Source: Moniliella sp. 'wahieum'
Lineage: Eukaryota
Direction of reading: 5' to 3'
NCBI GenBank assembly: GCA_003971905.1
Contig: RSEE01000014.1
Coordinates: 186,001 to 250,000 of the forward strand
Length of the DNA stretch: 64,000 nt
Below are positions 25,191 through 37,036 of this stretch, piece after piece (the first letter of the stretch is position 1; each line of letters begins with the position of its first letter). The notes beneath the pieces were generated by a model, which searched no databases, was not told where the DNA came from, and saw nothing but the letters and a program-made list of their open reading frames with translations. The translations under genes and the position numbers were made by a program.

Positions 25191-25243
25191 GAGTTACATC
25201 CTTATCTGCTCATCCTGAGCTGGCCAAAACTACACCCACAACC

Positions 25244-26490
25244 ATGGGCGCCAACGCTAACACCGATCTCTCGGTCAGCGACACCACAATGGTGAACAAG
25301 CGCGATTACTGGACACCAACCGGTCGCGATCCGCCACCGATTGGCACCGACAACGAGGAACTCATGATGCTTTGCGCCGAAGCGCACCTGTGGTTCAAGA
25401 AGACGAACGACATCGATGTCGTTAAAGAGAAGATCAACAGAGCTATACACGACAGAGCCGAGTGGCTTGGATGGAAGGACGAACCTACGTCTATCACGAC
25501 AAACTGGGTTCGACGGGCTACGAATTTTGTGGTGCAAAACATCCACCAAATGGAAACTCAACCCAACGCAACTTTGGGGGCACCTACAGGCGCAGCCTCG
25601 CGACCCGAGTACGACCTTTACAGATCACTACGCGAGTCTCCCACCAAGAATATCAAGTGGCCTGATCTGAACAAAGACCCGTCCGCCTACAGCGCTTGGG
25701 AAGACGAATTTCTCTTCGCGATAACAGATGCCCACCCCCACGCAAGCGACGTCGTCCAGAATGGTCGCAGCTCCCGCTACTTCACCGAGGACCTCGACAG
25801 ACGCTTGCACAACCTTCTTAGGGAAGCCATGCCGTCAACCCTCTTCCGGACGATCCGCACCCACCACGAAATATCATGCACCCAGGACACGCTGAACATG
25901 CTGCGTCAGCGGTATGGATATACGCCTACCGCAAACAGAGGGCCTCTACTCATTCGCTACTTTTCGGCCGACCAAGGAAACCGATCGGGTCGAGACTACC
26001 TCGACTACATGGAAGAGATCAGTGCAAGCCTGACGCGAGCGGGCATCCCACTTACGGAAGAGCAGGAACGCACTGGGATCCTACTCGGCTTACGCGACAT
26101 GAGCATTCGCCAGCGTGAAGAGCGCTCGAGTCTAGACAAGTTACGGCAGGCCGTGATGGACATACCAGCCGCCACGTATCCCGGTGGAGAAAGGAAGAGA
26201 AACGGAGGCAAGCCGGTCAACGGAGGGAACGCCTTGGACTCGACCCGACAGCGGGGGACGACCCACCAGCGGGGGAAAAACTCCAGCGGGGGCAAAGCCG
26301 GCGACGACAACCTCGCGGACACAAAGACCAAGGGGCAAGACCGCACCAACCACCCTGGCGCAGCGCGACGTCTAATAAACCTGTTGTCCCTCCGCGCAAC
26401 CCAGGCCGAGCCAACGCTCACGTCGCTCAGAGAGCGAGCTCTCCCGAGTCTGAAGTGATTGACGTTGATGCGGGCACAGCTGACTACTAG
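25244..26490 (+). CDS. Copia Gag (apparent frameshifts near the 3' end)
   Basis: Long ORF just after the 5' LTR with YSAWEDEF and ADQGNRSGRDYLDYMEEISASL (gag-like). The distal frame ends ..DAGTADY-TAG at 26488-26490. Confidence 0.75.
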
Positions 26491-29400
26491 GAACTCGGGG
26501 GCGAAATGCGAATCATCCGGGCATTATATGACAGTGGGGCATTCCCATCCATTTGGAAAGACAAATCCGTCTTCACATCCATGACCCCTTGCGACGACGA
26601 GATAGAGGTTGCTAACGGGACACATGTAAAGGCGGAAGGACGAGGCACGGCCACAATCCGTATCCGATGCTTAGGAGCACCAAATGGAGATAAAACTCCC
26701 CAACAGCCTATACATGCCCCGTTTCAGCCGAAATCTCGTCAGTGTAGCACACCTGTCGAACACCGGAATCGCATCATACTTCCCCCACACCAGAAGGGTA
26801 TCTGGCTTGGTAACCCAGGATCCACCCTACGAAAAGTAACCGGCAGTGACTATCAATTCACGATCTTACACAACCCGCGAACGCCACCCACACCCCTGCG
26901 GGCCATGGCGACCAAACCGATCAAACCGGCCGACCCACCCTCAACCCCAAACTCCCTCGCAGCATCCCTGGCCCTGGACCACGTCTCTAAAGCCCACAAA
27001 CGCTGGAACCACGCAGCCATCGACCTCCTCCCCTGGCTTACACGATCGGAAACCGCAGGCCTCCGCGTCACAGCCAAGCATATCTCCCTCTGTCGTTCAG
27101 AGTGGGATTGCCCAACATGCGCGGTGGCACTAGCGACAGCATCGCCCCATCCGAGCCGGGACCGCCTCCGATCCAAAAGACCTTTCGAGGTCCTCCACGT
27201 CGACGTAGTAGACCCCCCGGGTAACCGGCATGGGCACGGATACGCCCTCGTCGCCGTTGATGACTTCACGCGGTACGTCTTCACCACAGCGATCCCGACA
27301 AAGGGCGCTGCAACGAAGGAACTGCGGAACCTCATATTGCGGGAGCAACGCTACGGCCCGGACAGACTGCTGCGGACTTTGCGCACGGACAACGCCCCCG
27401 AATTGACAAGCGCACTGCAACCTTTTCTGGACGAGCAAGGCATCACGTCAGAACGGACAATCCCGGGGCAGAGTGCTAGCAACGGTGTGGCTGAGCGTGC
27501 CATCCGAACCATAACGACTCGTGCAAGGCAGTTGCTCTTGGGTACAGGTCTTCCGACGTCGGACTGGTGGGAACACAGCCTCCACGCTGCGTGCTTCACC
27601 CAAAACCAAATGCCACTCAAAACATCCGGGGAAGACAACAAATCGCGATTTGAGCGATACAAAGGCCACGCATACTCGTTACCGATGCAACCCTTTGGCC
27701 GCGTTGCATACCTCCATCTGCCCGAGTCACGCCGCGCGAGCACAAGCTCAGCGCGCGGGCAGAGGAAGGTATGCTGGTAGGATACCACCATCAGCGCGGA
27801 TCAAAGGGATGGCTCTTCGCCACATACCAACCATCCCTGGGTACCTTCACCTACCGCTGGTCGAAACCGTACAAATGGGGCAACGCCATCTACCCCCATC
27901 TCCACCCCGACCACTTCCCACCCGACATCTCCAAATCACCTCAAATTAAAATCGACAGTGAAAAACGCTAACCCTACTCCGCCAGCCGCGGCAGCACCCA
28001 TGCCCCGAACCGCCGCCACACCCCAGACACCCGCTCCCACCACCACCCCCCCTCCGCGCCGCTACCCCCCCGCCAGCGCACCACCCGCACCTCCCTCGAC
28101 CTGCACACACTCCCAATCGCTGACGACCCCACCGACACGACCTACCATGCTCGTGCTGCAGCCGCCACGCCCCACTGCGCCGCACCAGAGATCGGCATCG
28201 CCCGCCCCCTACCTGACACATCCGCCCCCCCGTTTGCCGACACAGTTCAACCTCCCGAATACGCCGCCATGACTGCTCTCAGCGCACCCATCCACCCGGA
28301 CACGGTTCAGCTCACCAAGGATGGCGTACCCCTCGCTCCCAAGACGCTCAAGGGTCTCGAGACTCACCCCTCCTTTGCCATGGTCAAGCAGGCTATGGCC
28401 GACGAGGTGGCCACACTCGCGCGATACGGCACCTACGAGGCTACGTACCCACCACCGGGTGCACAAATCCTCATAGGACTATGGCGCATCACCACAAAGA
28501 CGGACGCCGAGGGCCGGTTCCTGCGCCACCGCGCGCGCTTTGTCGCGGGCGGACACCAACAATCGGCCGAGACTTGGGGCCAGACGTTCGCACCATCGGT
28601 GCGCACACCTGCCATCCTGACCCTCGTCGTGCTGGCCGAGAAGTATAAGTTTGGCCTCTTCTCGGCGGACGTCAATGCAGCGTACCTGAACGCCCCCCTC
28701 GAAGAAGCAGTCTACATCCGCCCACCCCCCTACTTCCCCGAAGCGGGTGGTCGCGTGTGGCGTCTCAAGAAGAGTCTATACGGGCTACATCAGAGCGGAG
28801 CAAACTGGGCACGATACATCCGGAACCTGCTGCGTGACAAGCTCGGCTTCACGCAAAGCTTGACCGAGCCCTGCTTGTTCGTGCGCGCTGCACCACCGGG
28901 TGAGCAGATCCTCCTGGCGGTCCACACCGACGATCTGCTCCTCGCATGCAAGTCACACCAAAAGTACGAGGAGTTTATGGCCGAGATAAACACACACATT
29001 GATGTTCGTGGTAACGGTCCCCTTCACTACCACCTGGGATGCCAATACGATCGGATCGGTGGGGAGCTGTACCTGAGCCAACCAAAGTTCATCGAGGAAG
29101 TGGTGGCAAAGCACCACATCAAAGCCCCGTGGATCCGGACTCTCCCACATCCCGTACGGATGATACCGCCCCGTGCCGACCCTGAACCCCCATCCCTCCC
29201 AGCCTTGCGCAAGGCATATCAGGGGAAGATCGGATCGGGACTGTGGGCTGCACGAATGGGCCGGCCTGACTCCCTCTTCGCTATCACGGCCCTCAGCAGA
29301 GCCGCTGCCGACCCATCGCAGCATCATCATCGTCGATGACTTCCTTCGCTACCTGTACCATACTCGAGGAAAGGGCCTGAGGTTGACCCCAACATCAGAT

Positions 29401-29922
29401 GCACCGGCCATTGCGCTGTATACAGATTCCGACTTGGCGGGAGATCCCATCCAGGCACGCTCCACATCTGGATGCCTACTGATGGTGTACGGTGTGCCGG
29501 TGTCGTGGCGATCCATTCTTCAGCCGAAGAGCGTTACCAGTACCGCCGCCGCCGAATATACGGCAGGATATGATGGACTGGTTGACGCCAACTATGTCAA
29601 GAACATCATGATCGAGCTTGGGGCCATCGGCGAGGGTACACCCATTCATTGGTATTGCGACAATAAGTCTGTCGTCGATCTCGCCCACAAATTTGGCAGC
29701 ACCGGCAAGCTCCGAGAGCTGAAGATCCGGTACCACAATGTACGGCAACACGTGGACTCGGGCGAGGCCATACTTGTACACATCCCCGGCGAAAGGAACC
29801 CAGCGGACGTCCTCACCAAGCCTCTCGGCCGTCCCGCCCTGACAAGCCATCTTGCTCAACTCCGCGTCGAGGAGATGGATCCAGTCCACATGACTGGGCC
29901 CTCCGGTCAGCGGGGGTGTTGA
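26491..29922 (+). CDS. Copia Pol: protease, integrase, reverse transcriptase, RNase H (split by indels)
   Basis: PR ALYDSGA; IN HKRWNH..CPTC, VLHVD, RTDNAPE, NGVAER; RT RARFVAGGHQQ, ADVNAAYLNA, LKKSLYGLHQSG, AVHTDDLL; RH YTDSDLAG, AEY, CDNKS, NPADVLTKPL. Confidence 0.93.
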
Positions 29923-30076
29923 CATCCGTCCTAGGACCGCGCGGACCCTGAGTCACGTGAGTCAGCTTTCATTCCTTCCGAGCTCGCACCAGTCTTCTGG
30001 ACGAGTCAGTCGCAGAAGCTTCTTAGTCCAATACGACGTTCAGTGCTCACATTCTGTGGTAGTAGCGAGGCCGACA
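29917..30076 (+). repeat. 3' LTR of copia element
   Basis: Matches the 5' LTR; preceded by CAGCGGGGG (PPT-like). Confidence 0.97.
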
Positions 30077-31261
30077 TGGGCCACCCTTGAGATCTGGTTA
30101 TTGATTGGCCTGATTAGTAGTTGTGAAAGCCAGGCTGCAGAGTTGTGGCGTGCTGGCCAACACAGGCCACGTGTATTATATACGCCAATCTTATGACATA
30201 GAGATCCCCCGTTCCGCTGTAACCCTCTTCCTCGCTACCACCTATCCTTCCCCTTCCTTTACCTCTCCGACTCACCCACCTCGTTACTTGATTATCACTC
30301 GCTGATTAGATGTCTCCCACAGGTCTCTCCCAAGTCAAAGCCTTTCACGCGTTGCTGCACCGCCACACAGTCCCCAAATCTCTCTCGTGTGTCCTATCAT
30401 TTTCTTCAGGGTGTTAGGTCCTTTTTCTTTTCGGAGGCAACCCGAGCTGGACTCTGGCGCCATGGAGAGATCGGTCATGCCTCGACGTTCAACACACATG
30501 ATAGTCTTTTCAAACCGTTCCAATTCGCCCCGGTCGCGGTCGGGTCAGAAGATCTCCCTATAAAGCCGCCTAGCCGTTTCAGTGACAACTCGTGGGAGAG
30601 AACTTACGCACTCGGAGCCAAGAAGGTTTCTCCTCTCGCTGTTGCAGACCAAATACTATGTCACAAGTCCCGAGCCTCCTCGGCTTCTGGCTCCCGCCAA
30701 CCAGGGCCCTGATCTCGAAATGCGCGCTACGGACCTAATGCACGCCACACGCCCACAACAATGCGCGCCTCGGAAGCATGGCACGGCATCCAGGACAGGA
30801 ATGACGTATACATCAAGTTTCTACTCGGCAATCTCTACCATCCTTCTCCAATATGTCGATTGTCATAAAGTTGTACACCGGGGAGGCAGCGTCCGGGGGT
30901 GCTAAGGGGAGTGATGCATATCGCGCGACAGGATGGCGTGATGGAGGTACTGTCCCAACAATGTACACAAACGGATAACTACAAGAAATGAAGAGACGAT
31001 TCAGGTATGAGGCACGGTGGGCCAAGTAAATTTCAGCACTGAGCCGAACGCCAGTTGTGAAGCATGGAAGGGAGCTTGTCACAATGCATGGGACAAGGAA
31101 AGGCATAATGAAAGCTGCACTCGGGCAAGGAGGGGGGTACATGGGGGGTTCAATCCTCTCCCCCTCCTGCAGGTCCAATGGGTTGGGAGAAGGGTACGCT
31201 GGGGGTTCAATCCTCTCCCTCTCCTCAAGTCCCAAGGCCAGAAGGTAACAAGGCATCTCGC

Positions 31262-31708
31262 TCACAGGCGGCGACCACGACGGCCACCCTTCCTGCGGGT
31301 CGAGTCGGTCGGGACGGGGGTTACGTCTTCAATCCGACCGATGCGCATTCCCGAACGGGCCAGTGCACGCAGAGCCGATTGGGCTCCCGGACCAGGCGAC
31401 TTGGTGCCCGTGCCACCCGTAGCACGAAGCTTGATGTGCAGAGCAGTGATGCCCACCTCTTTGCAGCGCGCGGCCACGTCCTGCGCCGCCAGCATGGCTG
31501 CGTACGGGGAGGACTCGTCCCGGTCGGCCTTCACCTTCATCCCGCCCGTCACACGGCTGATCGTCTCTTTCCCCGACAGGTCCGTCACGTGAATGAACGA
31601 GTCATTGTACGAAGCGAAGATGTGGGCCGTGCCAAACACAAGTTCCCCATCGCCAACCTGGGGGCCAAGTGCGACAGCGGGAGCAGCAGTACGGGTCTTC
31701 GGGGGCAT
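31262..31708 (-). CDS. RPS14: 40S ribosomal protein S14 (uS11)
   Basis: Intact [65 protein letters not shown]. Confidence 0.98.
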   Translation of the reverse strand: MPPKTRTAAPAVALGPQVGDGELVFGTAHIFASYNDSFIHVTDLSGKETISRVTGGMKVKADRDESSPYAAMLAAQDVAARCKEVGITALHIKLRATGGTGTKSPGPGAQSALRALARSGMRIGRIEDVTPVPTDSTRRKGGRRGRRL

Positions 31709-31712
31709 TGTT

Positions 31713-31884
31713 CTGCAAAAATGAAGGTCTGTCGTCAGTAGCCTGATGGCCTCACGCAGGGGAGGGGGCGCTGCCGCAAAGGGCACAAAGAAACGAGCAA
31801 GGCAAGAGAAAGAGAGCATTTGCTGCTGGCACCGTGCGAACGAGCCAAAACAAGCGAACACTCTCAAGTAGGATGCCGACGCAC
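31713..31884 (-). other. Probable 5'-UTR intron of RPS14
   Basis: AAG|GTGCGT donor at 31884, TACTGAC branch, TTTTTGCAG acceptor ending at 31713, 4 nt upstream of the ATG. Confidence 0.7.
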
Positions 31885-33128
31885 CTTGAGTCTGGTTGGT
31901 GGGAATCTAGCCCAGTTCTGCCGTTCTTCGCCCTCAATTGAGGCGGAACGCTGAAAGAAGGGTAGTAGGGTTGCATATATGCTGCGGCGCAATAATTTGC
32001 GCCACGCTTCACATTCGTACACAGCTTGTAATAACCCTACTGTATTAAAGGATAGTGCTAGGGTTCTGAACGCCCCCCGAAAGAGTAATTGATCGGTGAT
32101 TTACGTCAGCTGGGCAGATTTGTTCCGCGCGCTCCCCCTGCTCGCACCATAAGTTGCTTCTCTGTTTCCTGGCTCCTTTCCTGTAGCATGTTTGAAGGCG
32201 GGTGTTTGCCACCATGCCCTTTTTGCATGCCTTGGGGCTGATCCCTTCTCGGCTTCTGTGCCACCAATGTGTAAGACGGTAAGGCCCCTGAGTGAGAGAG
32301 TGCGCTCATGGTGGTATGAACCTTAGTAGAGTAAACCCATGCAGTTGCAGCCAATGCCTTGGATCACTATACGCGTTTCACCAGGATCACTCTGCCTACT
32401 AATGTACATGGCACTTCGACGCGCTCGCTTCCTCTCGCTGTTGGGGCCATTCCATCCATGTACACTAAAAATTCTTGGCAGTTGTACATAACGTAAAATA
32501 GCACAAAAGGGGCGCCGAGCTCAATACCCGGCTCGCTCATGCGCTCATGATCTACTGGTGGGTGCACCGTTGTAATAGCTCGTACCAACTTAACCAGGAA
32601 GCCTGTCGTGTGACCCGCTGATCAAGACCCTTTCGCACCTACCCTTCTCTTCCAAACTGGATGGAGGGGGAGTGCTGAGGCGATTGAGCACCCGGCATGC
32701 ATGTGAACGAGGGATCCTCTGCAATGAGGCGACTGTGTGACTCTCTGTATAATAACATCTTGCCAATGCACAAAATCTTGTTGACCGTCTCGAGGCGTGT
32801 CAGTACCGTGCCATCGATAATTACCAAGGGGGAACGGCTCTTGAGTAGTACGCTCGTGGTTTTTGCTGTTATTATCACCTTCCGTTTTTGCTCCAACAAT
32901 TGATGCAACTCCTTTTCCCCATGTCCCATACTATGCAGTGCTGTCTCTTTTGGTGTACCGTGACCTTTTCCGGTACGCAACTTCAAGCCCCTTCACAGCT
33001 GAATCCGTCAAGATATGGTCCGCCCCCAGCCCTGATCCTCCAACCGCTCCTGATCCGATCACTTGGCAAATTCCGTGCCTGACCCTGTCCCCCCCCGCTT
33101 TGTTTTCCACTCCTTTCATCGCGTCTGG

Positions 33129-33346
33129 AGTCACCCCGTGTTTGTTGATCTTACTTCTCTGCATCTGATAGCAACCCCGAGCGACGCTAGTCGCCCCATG
33201 CTTGTTTGCCTTACCTTTCTAGGCTGTCCGTGCGGCAGCCGTCTCCCCTGTTCTCCCCTGTTCCCCGTTCTCCTCTGTTGCCTTGTTTTCCTTTTAGTCC
33301 CTGTCTGTTACTAACAGTGATTCATGGTTTTCCCCACGGTCCATCT
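33129..33346 (-). repeat. LTR-family fragment, inverted copy of 37671-37858
   Basis: Reverse complement aligns over about 200 bp (e.g. GTTGATCTTACTTCTCTG, GCGACGCTAGTCGCCCCATGC, CCCACGGTCCATCT). Confidence 0.85.
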
Positions 33347-33786
33347 TTGGGTTGTCCACCTAGTTATCCACCTGCAAAAGGATTATTAAGGCATCGGAAG
33401 CGTTCTCAGAACGTGGAGGTCAGTATTATTAGTTGGCCGAGCATACTAGGATAGATGCGCCTGTGTAAGCAGGTGCCGTGTGCCCCCCCACATCGAACCA
33501 GTTGGATTTTCTGTCAGGTTATGGGATGCCAAAGCCTTATTCCAAAGTAGGACGGACGGGAGGCGCATATCCAGAATTGTAGGGTGCTTGGGCATCAAAT
33601 GAATCAGGTGGATGATAAGCTGGACTTGCCCTTAAATACCTCTTCAATATCTTCGCATGGATCGCAGGTGGACCAGTACACGCGAATGAACTTCTTGCTT
33701 TTGCGGAGATACTAGCACTCGAGGGCGAGTCAGACGGGCTTGATTGTTGGCGATTGGTTCCGGCAGCGACCAAACTCCCCACATAG

Positions 33787-33925
33787 TGTTACGGGCCATG
33801 TCGGATCCGACCCGATCTGATCTTCAAGCTGAGGCCTGTCTGCTCTATCCGATCAAAGAGCTCGCTCCCAAGTCTTTTTTCCAACGCCAACGTGGATCGG
33901 GTCGGATCCGACATGGTCCGTAACA
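33787..33925. mobile_element. 139-bp MITE-like element with 31-bp TIRs and 5-bp TSD CATAG
   Basis: TGTTACGGGCCATGTCGGATCCGACCCGATC (33787-33817) versus the reverse complement of 33895-33925 is 30/31 identical; CATAG on both flanks. Confidence 0.9.
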
Positions 33926-36713
33926 CATAGAACGTACCATGCTGCAAATTGGCGCAAGTACTACGATGCCGAACCGTGGAAGATACAATAAGTGCTTGTG
34001 ATACTTGTGACGGGGTGGCTGGCTTCCCAGGCGGAGACCTTCCCTGCCCATCGGAGACGGTACTCACGGAGGACTGAACGCGTTTCAGATCCAAAGTCCA
34101 AGGCTCACTGGCATGAACGAAGGAGGTCGTGAGTGGTGCTTTGCGGTGCTCGAGCAGGGTTGGCAGCAGAGGTTGCGAAAGGTGCAACGGTCTGCGAGAA
34201 GAGGTTGCGAGCGGGTGCAGCGGTCTGCGAGCAGAGGCTGCGTGTGTAGGGGCTGATGCGAAAGCGGTGTGCTCCGATGGGCGAGGGAGGGCGAGCGTGC
34301 TGAGCGAGACGTGTTCCTTCTAAAAGTGGAGAACCTCGAAGAAGGGTGAAGGGAAAAGAATGGTCGGCGGCTTGGGCCATCATCATTGGATCTAAGAACA
34401 GGCAGTTTATAGAAGAAAAGGGAACAAGGCAGACCAAGAGGTCTACAGAGTAAAGGGGAAACGAGTCAGAGAGAAGAAAGAGGACCAAGCGCGAGAGGAC
34501 GAGGCGAGAGACGAGACGAGGTCAAGGGCAAAATGGACCCGAGACGAGAAACGAGGCGAGAAACCGAGTCAAGAACCATGTGTTGTGTTTTGGATTTTAG
34601 ACGAGCGCGAGCGGAGAAACCAAGATAGTTGTGGGTTTTGTGATAGGAAGACGATCCGAGTCAAGATAGCGAAAGAGAAGAGAAAACGAGTCGAGATAGA
34701 CGAGATAGGGAAAAAAGCCGAGAAGCGATAGAGACGATAAGGAAGTGGAGGCGGCTGTGCAAGGTGGTTCAGACGCCGCCCCATGACAATACTGAACCGT
34801 GTCGCGTTACATGTTAGCAGTTGAGCCACTGATGACGAGCAGCTTGTGCGAGGTTGACGGCTGTCTGTGTCCGGAAGTGGACTTGAACTGATGAGGCCTG
34901 GAGTCCGGATGGTCCTTGAGGGTGATGCAATCGCACTGGTGGTGGTGGTGGTCTAAGCCAACCAGCAACGCCTCCAGAGGAACAGCAAGCAGCGAGTCGC
35001 CACCAGGGGCTAAGCTGCGGAACTGAGAAAACGGAGAGAGAAAACAAAACTCCCAGGCCTGAGGAGGAGCCGAAGGGACATTGGCCAAAGCACGAGCCAC
35101 CCGACAGCTCAACATGAACTGTTGTCTGTCCGTTTTCATAGGTCACTACATGCTGCATAGTAGTTGCATGGCAATATTTGCTTCGCGCGAGCGACCCTGC
35201 CCCGCACGGGCTTCAGCCGCCTCACGTCGCAGGGCAGCACAGCATGCTCTCCAGCACCATGCTTCTGTTTTGGGGTTGATACAGGATGATCGCTGAAACA
35301 GCGGCCCCAGGCCTCAATTTGAGGTGTACAGTCAATTCACGCTCCGCAAATCTCAGCTCGATCGACCCCTGATGGAATCCGACCCCTGGTTGGGAAGCGA
35401 CCACACAGCTGCATCCCTTTTAGGCGAACTGCATGCCCCCGCCCACCACCTTTCCCGCCATCATCTTTCTTGTTGAGCCAGTACTGCCACTCTACAATGC
35501 CTCCCTCCCGCACCGTCAGGCCGCCCCACAGTACCAGCAACGCCGCTCGCTGCTCGAGGACACACGACGTATCAACCCTGCGCGGAGCCCGTGGTGGAGA
35601 CTGCTTTCGAGGTGAAGAACCGTCCCCTGAAGAACCACCTGGTGGCACCAGTGGGCTCAACAGCAATTCCGACGGCGATTCCGAAGGCGGGAGGGAAAAG
35701 AGGAGTACGAACCGAAAGTTACGTTTGTAGTCCCACCTCCCCCCCTGGTTCCCGTGTTGGTTCATGAAATGATTATGCGGGGTCAATTGGACCAGCAGAC
35801 GACCACGATGAACAACGAAAGTTGCGCTGGATCTTGACGCTGACAACCTTGTTCCCCCGCACAATGGACGCTAATCAAGAGCGTTAATCAGGGCGACTTT
35901 GCTGGCATTCCCCTTCTGATCTGGCCCTCTCGCCGGAGGAAGGGTTACATATTTCCGGATCCGCTCGTTACAAGGGCAACAAGCATCACTCAGCGAGGAA
36001 AGCTACGCGAGATCAAGACCCTTCGGGTGCTCTTTTTGTCATTAAACAATGCGAAGCACAGAATCGTTGGCCAGGGCTTTACTATGTCCAACCCACGCCA
36101 GTATTTCGAACGCGTGCTGGAGCACAAACAGGTCAGGGGACCATCAGCTCTCGTCGCACACTCCAGGATTACTTTGTACTATACTGACACTTTCTCTTCT
36201 CATATGAACGGATCGCCACTGATAGAATGGTACAAATGACTCGCGGTATGGGTTTTTCTGTGCATCCCGAGAGCAGGATCGGCAATACTAAAGGATTTAG
36301 GCTTGGTTTTACGTCCGCAAGGGGCTTCTCGAGGTCTGGAAGAGTGCACTTTTGACCCGGGAAGACAACTCCTGGCCCATATCGGTCGTGTGACAGAAAG
36401 TTTGTTCAAGTTCTGTTCACGGTGTTCCTGACGAAGCCGATTTGGTCGACCATTCGTCGTCGCATTTTCGATTTGGCGGTACGTTTTTATACTTACACTG
36501 GTCATGACCTTGCTACCACCTAACCTATAACCCATTGCTTTGGAGGAGAAGGCGCCACAGGAGAGATGGTGCTGGATGTGTGGTCCTGGGTGCTGAAGGG
36601 GCATCAAGTTTGAAGCGCAACGTTTAAGGCCGCGATGGCGGAAGTTGATGTGGCCGCACGCCAGAATGGACACCCTAACCCACGATTAAAATGCATTTGA
36701 TCGAACTGAGGAT

Positions 36714-37031
36714 TAAACAAGTGCGAATTGCTTGGATATAACCCTGGCGCAAACATGAGGTTAAGCTAAGTCGTACTTCTATTATAGCGAGGTTTGGATA
36801 ATGGCCACGAGCACTTCAGTTTATGGCCGTGCTTTTAAAAGCAGTTGTTCCGGGAACTTTCTGGCATGGCTTTTTCCTGTGTAATGAGGGATGTGGACTT
36901 AGTATTAGTAAACAGGTGCGAATTTCTTGGATATACCCCTGGCGCAAACACGAGCTTAAGCTAAGTACTTCTATTATAGCGAGATATGGATAATGGCCAA
37001 ACCCACTCCAGCTTATGGCCGTGCTTTTAAA
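36714..37031. repeat. Two diverged direct repeats of about 125 bp (36714-36839 and 36909-37031)
   Basis: Shared GTGCGAATT..CTTGGATATA..CCTGGCGCAAACA..TTAAGCTAAG..TACTTCTATTATAGCGAG..GGATAATGGCCA..TTATGGCCGTGCTTTTAAA. Confidence 0.9.
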
Positions 37032-37036
37032 CCAAT

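Larger units (their letters stand above)
25031..30076 (+). mobile_element. Full-length Ty1/copia LTR retrotransposon (5046 bp), TSD TGGGC
   Basis: Two 160-bp LTRs (TG..CA) that read as identical; TGGGC at 25026-25030 and 30077-30081; purine tract before the 3' LTR; domain order gag-PR-IN-RT-RH. Confidence 0.97.

Noticed and set aside
31135..31225. tRNA gene suggested by GGTTCAATCC
   Set aside because: There is no D-arm or anticodon arm. It is kept only as a structured-repeat finding.
32639..32986. ORF containing SPLVIIDG as a helicase Walker B remnant
   Set aside because: No Walker A or other helicase motif is present, so the evidence is too weak to call.
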